This document shows positions 16,175-30,871 of a DNA stretch of 64,000 nt, piece after piece. This DNA is from Octopus sinensis (taxonomy: Eukaryota), in assembly GCF_006345805.1 (NCBI RefSeq), contig NC_042999.1, positions 76,818,001 to 76,882,000 of the forward strand, given 5' to 3'. A program made the translations under genes and the position numbers. The notes beneath the pieces were generated by a model that worked only from the letters and a program-made list of their open reading frames with translations, was not told the DNA's origin and ran no database searches. Position 1 is the first letter of the stretch. Each line of letters starts with the position of its first letter.

Positions 16175-16242
<68 letters not shown>

Positions 16243-17280
16243 CACACACACACGCACTTATACATACAGACGGGTAGGCATACGTGTATGTTTGTGTGTA
16301 TCTATGCACGGATAGTATAAACTACAGCTGGTATTACTTTAAATAATAGATTTAGTTTCAAATAAGACAGTCTATATTAGTCATGGGCATCTTGCGATCA
16401 GCGGGATTTTCTGAATGACACACCTAAACGAAAAACCCGCCTGATGATCATCCATATCTCTTGATGACCGCTTCGCGAAAAAAAATTGCTCGAATGTGGT
16501 TTATAGTGGAAACTAGATTAACTCTTGTTAATTTATATTTGCCGTAATCAGAATTGATTTAAATTTCAAAAAAACAAACCAGTTATGATGGTGGTGATCA
16601 GCCTCATCAGTATCGAATATAAGAAGACATTAAAGAGGTACTTTGTACTCTTTTTTTTTAGTTGTTTGTCATTTTTTTTCACTCTGAATTCCTATCTGCT
16701 GTTTTCCTAAATGCCACCAGATTATGTAAGCGAAATTTTACTCACAAACACAAAATCGTGCTTGTATCTCTGGGGATGTGCACATCTATTATATATTAGA
16801 ATTTATAAGTGGAGTTTATTTATTTTCTCACGGCTTACGTTTCATCTGTCACTTCAGTTGCACAAACTCAGTACACAAAGTCAGGCACGAGCACAGACAC
16901 GCACATTGTGTGTGTGTGTGTGCCTGATTTTGTTATGGGAGTTCATAAGAATCAAGGCACACCATCTCGATGGATGTCAGAAATGGCTAGCGATAACATA
17001 AAGCTCAAAGTGAAGTAAACAACATTGAAGACATCAAGTGTTGATAGGATACCGTAGATACGCAAGTAGCAAATCCAATTTATACGATAGATCCGACTGA
17101 GGGATGAGACCATTAGTTTGCTACGTACAGATTGTTTCAAATCTTACCTGTTTAAAATTTTGTCAGATGATATTGGATTATATTTAATGATGTAATTTTT
17201 TTAATAAATTAAATAAATAAAATTTTAACGAAGCAGCCGTCGTAAATTTTAAACGATATTTGTGCTTGCTTCATATTCTT

Positions 17281-17550
17281 TTATTCTTTTATTTATTTCA
17301 GTCATGTGACTGTGGCCATGCTGGAGCACCACCTTTAGTCGACCAAATCGACCCCAGGACATATTCTTTGTAAGCCTAGTGCGTATTCTATCGGTCTCTT
17401 TTGCCGAACCGCTAAGTTACGGGAACGTAAACACAACAACATCGGTTGCCATGCGATGTTGGGAGGACAAATATAGACACACAATACATATACATATATA
17501 TGATGGGCTTCTTTCAGTTTCCGTCTACCAAATCCACTCACAAGGCTTTT
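17281..17550 (-). mobile_element. tRNA-derived SINE family 1, 5'-truncated
   Basis: Reverse complement of the 3' two-thirds of 34229-34620. Confidence 0.85.
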
Positions 17551-18221
17551 GTCTCTCCTTAGGGCTATCTTTTGTTTAAAAATCCTACTTTTTTTCATAT
17601 TTAGGGAGGGTTATTATGCCAATAATTATAAATACACTTGTTCAGTTTTACACCTTAGAGGAGTGAAACTGAACCAGATCATGTTTATTGCTGTTATTGG
17701 CATAATGACCCTCTGTAGATACAAGTTCTGTTGCAAACAAAATACAAACACCAAGTAAAAATCCTAACTTGGAAAATGTATTGTTGTGTCGTTCAAATTG
17801 TTCAAACTGATGTTTGTTTTTCACTGATAAAATTTTATTTTATCGCGTGCAACGCGTAAACTTTGCCGTGACATCACATTGAAAATTACCCTCCACCCCG
17901 CCTTTACTGCATATTTATATTCATATTCACTTTTTTGATGGGGTGTTTCTCTCCGGAAATGTCATCTTCAGTTGAATGCAAGCAGAAACATGAAAATAAA
18001 ATTTGTCGAAAAATGACAAAAAGTAGACATCCAACGCATTCCAGAATATTTTCTTTAGAAATTTATCTCGAATGAAATGTTTTTCTTTAGTTGTGCTAGG
18101 TCAAAATTCCCAAACTCTTTGAGCAAGCTGAAGTCACTTCCACTCACAGCAACATTTTATAATGGTAATGACTGCAATAACAATATTAATAATTGCTCCT
18201 AATTTAGGCACATTTCTAGGG

Positions 18222-18590
18222 GAAGGGTCGAGTCGACCCAGAACTTGACCAGCACTTCATTTTATCCATTTCAAAAGAAGAAAAGCAAAGTTACACGGTG
18301 AGATTTTGAACTGAGAATGTAAATGTCAGAACAAATGTAGCAAGGCACTTTCTTCGATGCTAAAACTATTCGGCCAGCTCGTGACGATAATAATCCTTTC
18401 TACTAAAGGCGGAAGGCTGAAATTTGGTGGGAGAAGCTAGTCAATTACATCACCACCAGGGCTCAACTGGTACTTATTTCATCGATCCCGAAGGATGGAA
18501 AACAAAGTCAACCTCGGCGAATTGGAACTCAGAACGGATGAAATGCCGCTAAGAGTTTTGCCCGGCATGCTAACGATTTTGCCAGCTTGA
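18222..18590 (-). mobile_element. Two tandem copies of SINE family 2 (one degraded)
   Basis: Shares blocks (CTGGTACTTATTT.ATCGA.CCC.AAG.ATG, GAACTCAGAA, GCCAGCT) with 52022-52222 and, in reverse complement, with 35808-36015. Confidence 0.7.
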
Positions 18591-18609
18591 CATTTTAATA
18601 ATAATAATA

Positions 18610-18649
<40 letters not shown>

Positions 18650-18650
18650 G

Positions 18651-18990
18651 TGGCATCTCAAGGCGGTTACAATACCAGTGATCATAGAAGCACTAGGAAT
18701 GATCAAGAAGGAAACTGAAAATTATATGAGAATGATCCCTGGCTTACCATCCCTGCAAGAAGTGCAAAAGATTGTCTTAACTGGTACATCACACGTATTG
18801 AGAAGAGCATTGTCGATGTGAGAACTGTTGCTGCTCATGTATTTTAATTTAACTTAAAAAAAAAAAAAAAATTTTTAAATGAACAAACTATTGAGTTTGG
18901 TTTAATGGTCTACCAATGAGTTTCTTTGCCCTAGGAGTCGGGAAGACACTCGGCAAGAAATGGAAGCAAATTTGAAAGAAGAAAAAAAAA
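18651..18990 (+). mobile_element. 5'-truncated R4/Dong-clade non-LTR retrotransposon 3' end inserted in (TAA)n
   Basis: 18651-18821 reads WHLKAVTIPVIIEALGMIKKETENYMRMIPGLPSLQEVQKIVLTGTSHVLRRALSM*, resembling the C-terminus of the RLE domain. It is followed by a 3' UTR with an A-rich tail, and (AAT)n arrays flank both sides. Confidence 0.8.
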
Positions 18991-19109
18991 AGTAACAATA
19001 ATAATAATAATAATAATAAATATTGAAGTAAAAATTATGATTTTAAAAAAAGAAAATAACACAAACGTTGCTGTACAACTTATTGGGAAAACTCTTGCAA
19101 CACTTCAGT

Positions 19110-20200
19110 GTAGTGACAACAACAAAAGCTACAATTGAAGAATCAGCGACAACAATACCAAAAACTGCCGTGACAACAATACCAAAAACTGCTGTGGCAA
19201 CAATTGCAGTAGTAACAAGAACTGCAGTCACAACAAAGTAGCAGCAACAACTACACGACATCCGTAGCAGCAACAACTTTTGATGCAACGACAACAACAG
19301 CAACTGCATTAGGCACAACAATTGCAGTAGCGACGAGCAGAAAACAAGTGCAATAGCTAAAATTAAAAAAACAAGTTCCGTAACACTGACTATTGTACCT
19401 CCAACAATGTCAACAACTGCAATAGTGAAAACACTAGCAGAAACAAATGTTGTATTAACTACAAGAGCAACAATTGCTGTGGTGCAGCAATAATAGCAAC
19501 AACCACAGCGGTGTCAACAATAGCAGCATTAATAACAACCGCAATAGTATATACAACTGAAGTGTCGCGACAATAATAGCAACAACTGAAACGATGATAA
19601 TAACAATCGCAACCTCTCGGATGTCGCCTACTTCGGTAATAACAGCTGCAGTAGCGAAAATAACAATAGCAACAGTTGCAGTGGCGCAAAAATGATTGCA
19701 ACAACAGCAGTAGCCACGACAACAATAGCAGCATTTTCGGTATCATTCAACTTCAGAAGCAACAATAGCAACATCTTCGACATCGGTGGCAACGACAACA
19801 GTATAACAAAAGCAACATTTTCAATATCATCAACTTCAGTAGCAACAACAGCAGCAATGAGAGCAACTGTAGTTAAAACAACTGCAGCAACAGCATCTGC
19901 ATTAGTAAGAACAAAAGCGAACCAAGTGCAAAAATATTGCGTATTAACTGCAGTTGAAACAACAACTATAATTGCAACAGCAGCAATAAGTACAGAGGAC
20001 AACAACAACTGCAACAAATGCAGCGACAACCAACTGCTGTAATACTAAGTGTGCTGCATATCTGCACTAAAAACATTTGCAACAATAACTGCAGTAACAT
20101 CAAACTGCTTTAACAGAAACATACAATGCAGTCATAGCAATTACAAGAACAAAATTGTGCAGCATTTAAGTTTTCAGCAACAGCAACTGTAGCAGCGAAA
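19110..20200. repeat. ~1.1-kb cryptic CAA/CAG/ACA-rich low-complexity tract
   Basis: Degenerate trinucleotide periodicity (ACAACA, GCAGTA, GCAACA) with stops scattered in all frames. Confidence 0.85.
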
Positions 20201-20472
20201 GATAAAAAAAATAGAACAACAGATATGAGTTTAAATAAATTACACTCAGACTACAGAAAAATGTTTATCTCTCCTGTTTCATTATCGCTCTCTCTCTCTC
20301 TCCTACCCATTTTATATATATATATATACTCACATGCAGGCATATACATGAATGTATATATAGACATAAATATGTAGATATGTGTATAGATGTATATATA
20401 ACTACACAGATGTGTGTATGCATGTATGTGTGTGCGTAATATATTTATATATACATATATAGTATGAATATA

Positions 20473-20950
20473 TAAAACTTAGATAAAACTTAGATATGTT
20501 TCGACCAGAGATTGGTCCAGGCCATGTCTAACTTAATAGCACCACCTGATAGGATTATTCGAATCCTGTTTAAGTCAAGTTTTGTTCAAGTAGTGAGTTC
20601 TTGTTGGGTGAGTTGTATCCAGTTTTGTTCACGTAGTGAGTTCTTGTTGGGTGAGTTATATCCAATTATGGGTGGCTTGTCTGGTATTCTTTGAAGGAAT
20701 CTATCCAGACTCTGTTTGAAGTTGATGGGATCCTTTTCCTCTTTGATCTCCCTCGGGACAATGTTAAATAGGGCAGGGCCTGTTGAGGAAAAGAAATTAT
20801 GTTGCAGTGTACATGTATGTTGTGATCTTGAATTTGGCAGGGGACGTATAGCCCGTGGTCCAAGTCTCGGATGAACCTTGAAGCTAATGTTTAGGTCGTT
20901 TGGGCAAAGTTGGCGATATATTTTCCACATCGTACAAATGATGTACCGCT

Positions 20951-20952
<2 letters not shown>
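20473..20952 (-). mobile_element. 3' end of a CR1/Jockey-group LINE with tandem-repeat tail
   Basis: ERYIICTMWKI...HPRLG...FSSTGPALFNIVPREIKEEKDPINFKQSLDRFLQRIPDKP. Tail repeat (TATCTAAGTTT)2 at 20473-20496 and an internal 43-bp duplication at 20578-20663. The same 3' end recurs in + orientation at ~30758-30815. Confidence 0.8.
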
Positions 20953-20998
<46 letters not shown>

Positions 20999-21499
20999 CA
21001 CACACACACATAGCATATAAATGTATATACATTTATACAAATATATATATATATATATATACATTTATACAGTACATAAATATAAATATATAAATGTATA
21101 TACATTTATACAAATATATATGAGGTGGGGGTGTTTATTAATGTATGTATGTATGTATGTATGTATGTATGTATGTATGTATGTATGTATGTATGTATAT
21201 GTATGTATGTATTTATGTGCAGATACATGTACGCATACACTCACATTTTCAAACAGCTGCGACAACCACAAGCAGAACTATGTTGTAGACGGAATATTCC
21301 AAAATGATAAATTGTCTGTGATTCTGTTCATAGTGGCAGAAAACCTTTTGTCACACCTGTTGAGGAAATAACCAAAACTACATCTTAAGAACTGCAGATT
21401 AGAGGAAATTTAATGTCGTAAACACGTTTTGGTTTGTTTCCATTTTGTTTTTACGATGATTTGAAGCTCTATTCAGATAATATTCACCTCGCCAAGTGA

Positions 21500-22810
21500 T
21501 ATTAAAGCTGGTCACATTTTCATAGGAGATAAGAATGGAGATTGGTCAGGATAAATGTTCATATATGATAACCAATCGGGGAAAGATTATTAAACAGACA
21601 AGAAATATTGATATCAATACGTCATTCCCCTATGTCCTATGACGAATGTTAGAAGTATTTCGTAATTGATGAGAATTTTCCATATATTGATGCTGTGAGC
21701 ATAGTTAGAGTGGCAAGGGAGTACTTCAGCAGACTTTGGAAGATACGTATATCAGAGCTGTCAACAAACAACAAGACGATATCTCATAATGTTTCTATAG
21801 TACCAGTGCTCGTACCAACATTCGGCACACTAGAATGGATTCGAAACTCAAGAGATTCGAAACTTGAGTATCAGACTCAGGAAGATTTAAACCACTATGT
21901 GTACAATCCATCTCAACAGTAACAATGACAAGATGTAGAATGGAGTCACAATCATACAGTCTGTCCAAAAGACTGCATTGTATCACTCCGCCAACTCACA
22001 CTGAACATTAACGAGAGAAATAAACACGCGAACTCAACAGTGAAAAATAATATCTTGAGAGCAAATGAATGATTGAACTAGCACTCTGAATGTACAGCTG
22101 TTCCATGTAGTCCAAATTTAGCAAGACTAACCAACTCAAGCAGTAGCTTGGAGGCGAAACATTCATCTTATCAGCAAGAATTTATGCATGGGTAGAAATC
22201 CCACCATAAAGAGAAACCAAAAGTATTTGACAGGAAAAGTGGCTTCTCCTGAACCTGTGACACAGATCAAATTTCACTAAGAATGATACACTTTCGCTAT
22301 TCAGACTCAAGAGAAAGCCACTAAATACCTTACCAATAAGAAAGATAAGGATGCTTCTAAATTTTTACATTGTGATAGAAAATATTGTGCCAAACTAGTG
22401 CAAAATATATCAACGTCATTAGCAGCTGTTCAAAAATGTCTACAAATTACTACTTTGCCATATTTTCAATAGTATCCACACATACCTTTAAAAATAAGGA
22501 ATACTTTCAATAACAACTTCAATTCAGTACAAACACAACAGACAGACCTTATACTGTTCAGTGTGCAAAAGGAACACATTCGTGACGAACTAATATGAAG
22601 CTTAAAATACTTATTCCCAGACTATAATTCCGCAGTTGTAACTATTGTTATAGGTACACTAGGTTCTCTAACAACTGATTTGTCAAAAAACCTGGAAATG
22701 CTTGATTTTCCCAAGGTGCAACGCAGCAAATTAATTCATGCCCCCCACCCCCACCTCCCATTGTAATTGACTAGTGATACAGTAAAGGTTTATAAAATAT
22801 TTTCAGAAAT
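21500..22810 (+). mobile_element. Decayed R4/Dong-like non-LTR retrotransposon
   Basis: EYFSRLWKIRISELSTNNKTISHNVSIVPVLVPTFGTLEW (post-RT motif) and, later, a PDY...IVIGTLG RLE-type motif near 22615-22662. Confidence 0.7.
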
Positions 22811-23447
22811 TCTGTTTCAGTTTCCTCCAATGAAAAGATTCACACAATCCTGGATGCATATGCCATGTACATGAACATGTTTGTGAACTCAAGATATATG
22901 TGTAATCATTACGCAATTGCAAGTATATTCATACTTAAACCGATATATATGCACATATTACACAGGTACAAATTTATAAAACTGTCTTCACTAATAAAAA
23001 GTGCAAAGAAATAATACAGATTACAATGGAAAATCATACATACGCGCGCACATATGTAAATACATATAAATATGTGATTGGATCCTGCCTCGGTTTTGAT
23101 TATGTTTTTTCTAATTGTTCGATCGATTGAACTTGCCTAATTAGCGTGTGTGCAGCTAAGTATCTCAAAGACATCTAAACTTACTACAATCTTCAAGCGC
23201 AGAAACAGTATGTAGCAATCCGGTCCATTACATGAGAGATAGAGTCCATTCGACCAGCTTCCACAATTTTCATCTACTAAATTTCACGCAAAAGGCTTAG
23301 CTAAACTTGAGGCTAAGTTGAAGACACATAAGATGGGAAGATGTTACGTAGATATTGCGAACTTGAAACCTCGTGACTGCAAAACAAATGCCATAACTAT
23401 GGGTTAATATTTTCACCTGTGCATACGAAAATACAAACATACGTACA

Positions 23448-23568
<121 letters not shown>

Positions 23569-23762
23569 GCATATTTGTGTGTGGCTCCCTATACATTGTA
23601 TGAATATATACATATATATGCGTAGGAGGTTATTCTGATTCATGATCATCTGGTAATGGTAAGCGTCGCATGGAGTGGGGTCTTCATGATGACGATGACA
23701 ACGATAACTGTGACAATAACGCTGGTGGTGATTGCAATGGTTATGACAATAGCGTTTTATGT

Positions 23763-23818
<56 letters not shown>

Positions 23819-23869
23819 TTCCTTGTTTGGTTCAATCAATACGCTTTATACTAAACTGACTGAATTCAT

Positions 23870-25000
23870 CAAATTTTCAAGAATAATTGAAAGAAACCTC
23901 CGGAAATGATACCTGCCAGTGATTACCGTTCTTTGCAAAGATAAAAAATAAGCAGAAGACCAATGAACCGTTGATATCGGTGAAAGCATTAATTTAGCTA
24001 CTATTGTGAACCTACCAACAGCGCCAAAGCTTTTCAATAACATGTTTGCGAATTCATGTGGTTTTGTAGAAAGAACAGAACAAAAGCCGGCAATTTCGTT
24101 GTCATCTAATGAAGTAAATGATTCGATGAGAGCATAGACAACTATGTCGAAAGTTAATCTTCGTCCAAGTAACAAGAATATATAGTAAAGACGTTGCTGG
24201 TTTCTGTAAATAGATGAGCGGTAAGCTTCTTCGTCTATGATACCCTAACATATTGCGGATAGTTTCAGCTTTTGTCTGCCGTATTGAGTAAAGAAAAGTA
24301 CAATGGCGAATCACTCGTCCTTTCCACGGAGTTTCTTGTATAGCTGTAAAATAAATAATGCACGCTTTAGCTAAGTGGATCTAGGACGCTGGGAATTAAA
24401 TGTATCAATCACAGACACAAATTAATGTTGACTGTGATGAAATACTATCCCTACCAACTACCTATGTTCGTCTAAATCGGTTGAGAGCAGACTCGAACAT
24501 CTAAATAATCTAAACACGTGAATGAAGAACTATACACGAGTAAATATTCTAATATTCTCCCAGACATTCATTAGTGAATGACACAATTCATGAGTAAAGA
24601 ATTTTCTAATTCAGACGCATTTAACGACTTGTTGCATACGACAGTGTGCAACACTTGGAACGAAGACAATTTTATTCGCGGACCAATTCTCACACGTTGA
24701 GAGAACAGTGGTTAATTATACTTTCTAGCATGTAGTTAAAGTTATAATTAAGTTTGTGCATATAAACTTGCTCAGTTTTGCTGTGAAGTTTAATTTAGGT
24801 GAAAACCCAAGTTATTGACAACACGTGAACAGACAACAGACTGCCGCGATTTTGTTCACTTTCGTATTACTTCTGGTTTAGTATGCCAGACACATTCTCT
24901 GGGCATTTACACAAATTGCAAGCACCATTTGTTGTTAATTTTCGTAATTATTTTTGACATTTGCCGATATGCAGATAACATTTGCTGTAAACTTCTTGAA
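23870..25000 (+). mobile_element. Possible very decayed hAT (Charlie/Buster-type) transposase
   Basis: Weak motifs in order: DIGESINLAT (cf. TIGExLILPA), AISLSSN (cf. IPLSNxT), FL*IDE (cf. LQLDES) and KCINHRH (cf. HCxIHR). Confidence 0.4.
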
Positions 25001-25367
25001 TGTTTACAAATAAAGGAAGGCTTCTATGGGAATTAACAAATTCTATTGCCAGGAACATTGTGCAATAGAATCCAAACGAACGTTAATAAGCAAAATAGTA
25101 ACGTTAATAATGATTTTTTTTTCTTACATTGGTACTAAGCCACATACTTTTTTCGCAGAAGATAATATTTCTTCAGGGACTTGATATAATATTCTGATTC
25201 CTTTTGAATAAATAGAAGGATAATTTTTTACAATGGAGATGTTTTAGCTGATTGGATCAATAGCATAACATTACTGCTACTTATTTCATCGATACACAAA
25301 GATAAAAATGTATGTCGATACTATTGTATATGTGTGTCGACATACTTATGTATGTAATCTTAGTGTT

Positions 25368-25431
<64 letters not shown>

Positions 25432-25903
25432 CGTACGTATGTATGCATGTATGTATGTATACGCGTGACGGATGGACAGACAGACAGACAGACATAGATA
25501 GATAGATAGATGGGAAAAAAGATAATGTTAACGCAAAATGCTTGGAATTTAATCCGAATATGTCCTAAGATAGCACAGTTGTACACAGAGCTACTAAACT
25601 GCGTTATGATACACGTCTAATCATTCCTCAAACACACACACACACACACGAATATTCATATGCATATATAAATATATTTATACATATACAAACACACTCA
25701 CACACATTTTGAAATCAACTGCCTTCAAAACTACTTACTGAAATGAAAGTAACCTCCCATTTCTGATCTCTATAAGTAGCATTAGCGCCATACTCAGACA
25801 AATGAGACTGATACTGTTTGACAAACGTATATATACAACGTGCATACATAAACAGGTACATAGCATTCATGCTTATAAATATTCATATCACGTAAACACA
25901 CAA

Positions 25904-25934
<31 letters not shown>

Positions 25935-27642
25935 CATACATACATACATACATACATACATACATACATACATACATACATACGGTTATTATTATTAAGT
26001 GTTTAAGCCATTGTCTTGAGCAGCCGGAGGTCTCTAGAAAAGATAGAGGCCATCGGATATGTGTTCTAAAAATTCCCTTGGTAAGCAGAACAGTGAAAGC
26101 AAGCAAAACATTTCAGAAATACATCATGTGGATCTTAAATACATAAACATGGGGGTGGAGTTATGAGTGTGTAGGGTACATTAAAAAAGAGTACACACGT
26201 AGGACACAATTACTCAACTACACTTTCTAAATGACCCTTTTCAATTCAGTATCTGTCAAAAACCTGCAGTTTACGTGAAGGATTGAAGCTCAGCATGGCC
26301 GCAGCTTTCGGGCTGAAACATTTTTAAAGATTTAAAGAAGATATTCATAACAGGTGAATGGAAAATGATGAAATGAGACAGTGCTACACTATACGCGATC
26401 AGCTCTTCAAACGCCTTTCCGGACTCAAAAATTATCTGAGATCTCGTGCTAGGAAACAGCAATAACATAAGAGGTCAAGATCTGCAAGGAGCAGCCAGCC
26501 ACCATGTAACTACCTTCCTCTATTCATAGATGTATGAATGCCATACGTTGACATGTGTTGACGTCATGATAGAGAATTCTATAATTCATTGGGTATGGAT
26601 ACCGCTGAAACTATCGTCTTCTTGTATTTATACCTAGAGTAAGTCAACTTGGTAAGGCTCATCCCTTAATAAAAAAAAATCCATGAGTTGAACTCAATAC
26701 AGAACGCAAACAAAGCACTTGTCAAATTAACAAGAGCTAGCATTACGTTGGACTATGCTCATTCAGTAACCGCTGTCAAGATTTAAGGGGAAGCAGTTGG
26801 GCAAAGTCTACATGATATGAACTTGCGATCTTTAGTTGTCGAACACTCCAACAACTGTATCTACAACTACAGCATATATACTGAAGAAAATATATAAAAT
26901 ATTGAATAATAAATATAATAAATTATATATGATATAATTTACTTCAGATATACAAAATTGTTGTTTTTATTTTTGTTTTTGTTTTTTTGTGGGGAGTTGT
27001 TTTTTGCATACGTAGAAGAACTAGTCAAAGAAGGAACGACAACACCAATGATCTTATCTAAGAATCTTAATTGGGATTTAAGCAATACTCTAAATCTAAT
27101 GTGAAGATAAAGAGAAACTGCGACTAATCTGATACGGTCAATCTCACGGGCATACAGCTTCTGCATATCTAATTTAATGAAGAAGGTTTCGATCGACCTA
27201 AGATTATAGTAGAAAACGTCTATCTTGTTACACAGTTAAATCGAACGCGCAACATCTTGAATACACAACCGCATATGCATCTATGTGCGTTAGTGAGTCT
27301 AAACACCAAAAATTGTATGTACACATACAAATGTAAGATTTCTAATGAACTGGAACAAAGCCAAACATTTATAGAGGAAGGTGGTATAGCAAGGTAGTCT
27401 ATGCTCTTGCGTATGTCGGCGACTAAGAATATGACTTGAATTATTGAATGTGAGATTAATCTCAACTCATTAAAAAATACGAATGTCAAGAATGCCATAA
27501 TTTACAGACAAGATATTTCAATGACAGACAGTTTGCAAATGAATCACATAATACATGAAAATTTGCCATATATATATATACACAGGCATACGCCACACAC
27601 ATACACACACATACACACACACACACATATATACACACATAT

Positions 27643-27862
27643 TTCTTTTATTCTGTTATTCATTTACTTGTTTCAGTTATTTGATTGTGGCCATGCTGTA
27701 GCACCGCATTTAGTCGAACAAATCGACCCCAGGACTCATTCTTTGTAAGACTAGTAGTTATTCTACCGTCTCTTTTGCCGAAACGCTAGGTTACGGGGAC
27801 GTAAACATAACAACATCGGTTGTCAAGCGATGATGGGGAGACAATCGCACACACCACACACG

Positions 27863-27934
<72 letters not shown>

Positions 27935-28095
27935 GACGGGCTTTTTTCAGTTTCCATCTACCAAATCTACTCAAAAGGCTTTGGTCGGCCCGAGGTATCG
28001 TAGAAGACACTTGCCCAAGGGGCGATGCAGTGGGACTGAGCCCGAAACCACCTGATTGAGAAGCAAGCTTCTTACCACGCAGCCACGCCTGCGCC
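27643..28095 (-). mobile_element. Full-length tRNA-derived SINE family 1 with internal (TA)n
   Basis: Reverse complement of 34229-34620; the head GGCGCAGGCGTGGCT starts at 28095. Confidence 0.9.
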
Positions 28096-28385
28096 TATAT
28101 ATATATATTTAAAAACCGATGAACGTTTGTGTTTTCAAACGAAGAAAAATGTACTCAATATCTAAAATAGATGACATCTACTTTACCAGAAAGTTCAATC
28201 TTCTTCTGTCGTAAATATGGGTTTCACAATACAGATTTTTCAAACGACTAAAGTAGGGAAGCTGGTCTTCCATAAACAACATTGACCGGACTTGTGCCTG
28301 GGAGGGTAACTTTCTAGGTGCAATCTCATGGTCTATGTCGTGACCGAAGGGATTGCACCTAGAAAGTTATCTCAGATATATATAT

Positions 28386-28428
<43 letters not shown>

Positions 28429-28494
28429 CACACATATAAACACATATAAATATATACCTATATACATCTATATGCACATCGTATATGCCACTGC

Positions 28495-28781
28495 ATGTCT
28501 TCTACTATAGCCTCGGGCCGACCAAAGACTTGTGAGTGGATTTGGTAGACCGAAACTGAAAGAAGTCCATCGAATATACATGTGTGTGTGTGTGTGTTTG
28601 TCACCCCCACCATCGCTTGATGCTGCTGTGTTTGCACCCCCGTAACATAGCGGTTCGGTATATCTGACCGATAGAATAAGTACTTAAAAAGAATGAGTTT
28701 CTGGGGTCGATTTGTTTGACTACAGGAGGAACTCCAGCATGGCTTCAGGCAAATGACAAACAAATAAAAGAGTAAAAGAGT
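28495..28781 (+). mobile_element. SINE family 1, 5'-truncated
   Basis: TGTCTTCTACTATAGCCTCGGGCCGACC...CAGCATGGC...TAAAAGAGTAAAAGAGT, colinear with 34310-34620. Confidence 0.85.
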
Positions 28782-28861
28782 ATATATATATATACATGCA
28801 AATACATGTATATAAATAAATATAGATATATATATATATATATTCATATATGTATAAACAT

Positions 28862-28896
<35 letters not shown>

Positions 28897-29724
28897 TACA
28901 CACATACATACATATACTTACACATACACCCATACATTTACATACACATATACACAAATATGTATGTATGAATCTATATGGTGTCGGTCATGGGTCCCCG
29001 TCAATCGAAATGACAAATCAGTTCTTTCATTGAATTAATTACGTGCTACTGAATTAAAGTGTAATTAGCAGAGCATTCCACAGACATGTTTCACTATAAT
29101 ATTATTATCTCTGGCAGAAACAGCGTGGCAGAGTGTGTAGTAAGTTTGTCACTTATAAATAAGAAGAAAAATGCAGGTGTATATATGTGTGTATGTATGC
29201 ATATATGTGTGTGTGTATATATGTACACACATACACACAAACATACACACGCATTGGGAGTTATAGCAGCTCTCAAACAGAAAAGCTTGCACTTATCCGA
29301 ACTCCCCGTCCGTCCAATCTGGAGTGTGGAACAGGTGCTGCAATACCAAGCAGATTCAAAGGCCCATACCGATTTAATATATTGCCAAAACAACCTGAGA
29401 GAACTAGGTCGGATGGAGGAAAGGGTCATCAGGCACCAACATGACCGTCTACTTTCGAAAGATCCCACATGAAACTGCATTGCAGCAAGAAACTCAACAC
29501 GGGGTAGCAATGTTGAAATCCCTCCTTCACAAAAAGCCAAGCACATGCGAATGGCTATTGAAAAAGTAACGATACAGGTGATACCACCATATGGCAACAG
29601 CCTTTCCGCTGAGAACCATATGTTATACATAAGTATGCATGTGTGTGTGTATGTGCGGTGGGTGGGTGTGTATACAAGAATACAAATATATACAAACATA
29701 TGCATATATATATATATATATATG

Positions 29725-29779
<55 letters not shown>

Positions 29780-29829
29780 GCACATATACATAAATATATG
29801 CGTATGCACATATAGACACATACATACTC

Positions 29830-29920
29830 CATGAAATAAATTTACGTATATTAGCCAGAAAAATCCGCGGTGTACTGTGTGCATGATAGGTGAACCGCGA
29901 TATGGCGAGGGATTACTGTA
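29830..29920. mobile_element. Pogo/Tigger-type transposon terminus
   Basis: The reverse complement reads TA-CAGTAATCCCTCGCCATATCGCGGTTCAC, a Tigger-style TIR next to a TA target site. Only one end was seen. Confidence 0.6.
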
Positions 29921-30447
29921 TATATATAATATACATACACACACACACACAACACACACACACACACCCACACACATATATATATATATATATGGGTGTG
30001 TATATATATATATATCATATATGCATATATATGTGTGTAGACATGTACATATAGGTATATACATACCAATACATATATATATGTACCTTATGTATACATG
30101 AACATGCATGTACATAATATATGTATACATATGGGTATGTACATATACATACATTTATATGAATATCTATTATACATATATATACACACACAGACACACA
30201 TATATATATATATATATCTCATATATCATATATATATTATATATATATTATATCATAATATATATATATCATATATATTATATCATAATATGTAATATAT
30301 ATAATATGATTATATATTATAATTATATATATATATAATATGTATATTATATATTATAATATATATATATATATATTATATATGTATATTATAATATATA
30401 TATATACACACACAGACACATATATATATATCTCATATATCTCATAT

Positions 30448-30525
<78 letters not shown>

Positions 30526-30654
30526 ATCATATATATATCATATATATACATAGATATATCCAATTATATATATATATATATATAGAAATACCAGCGATAT
30601 TAATTATTTTTATTTTATCGCAATTTGACTTTGTTTATATATATATATATATAT

Positions 30655-30721
<67 letters not shown>

Positions 30722-30871
30722 TATAGTATATATGTATTATATACATATTATATATGGGGCTATTTAGTTAGACATGGCCTGGTCCTATACTGGCGGAAAC
30801 CTATCAAAGTTATCTATATCGATCTATCTATCTATCTATCTATCTATTTATCTATCTCTCTCTATATATAT

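Noticed and set aside
16114-16178. 15-16-bp periodic GCGATAAATTGA repeats as a CRISPR-like or regulatory array
   Set aside because: Only 3-4 short degenerate units with no spacers; likely a subterminal repeat of a DNA transposon.
16430-16615. CTGATGA boxes at ~16441 (+) and ~16604 (-) as hammerheads
   Set aside because: No correctly placed stem II-GAAA-stem III-UH arrangement.
19459-20042. Thr/Ala-rich mucin-like ORFs
   Set aside because: Cryptic trinucleotide low complexity with frequent stops and frame changes, and no splice or signal-peptide evidence.
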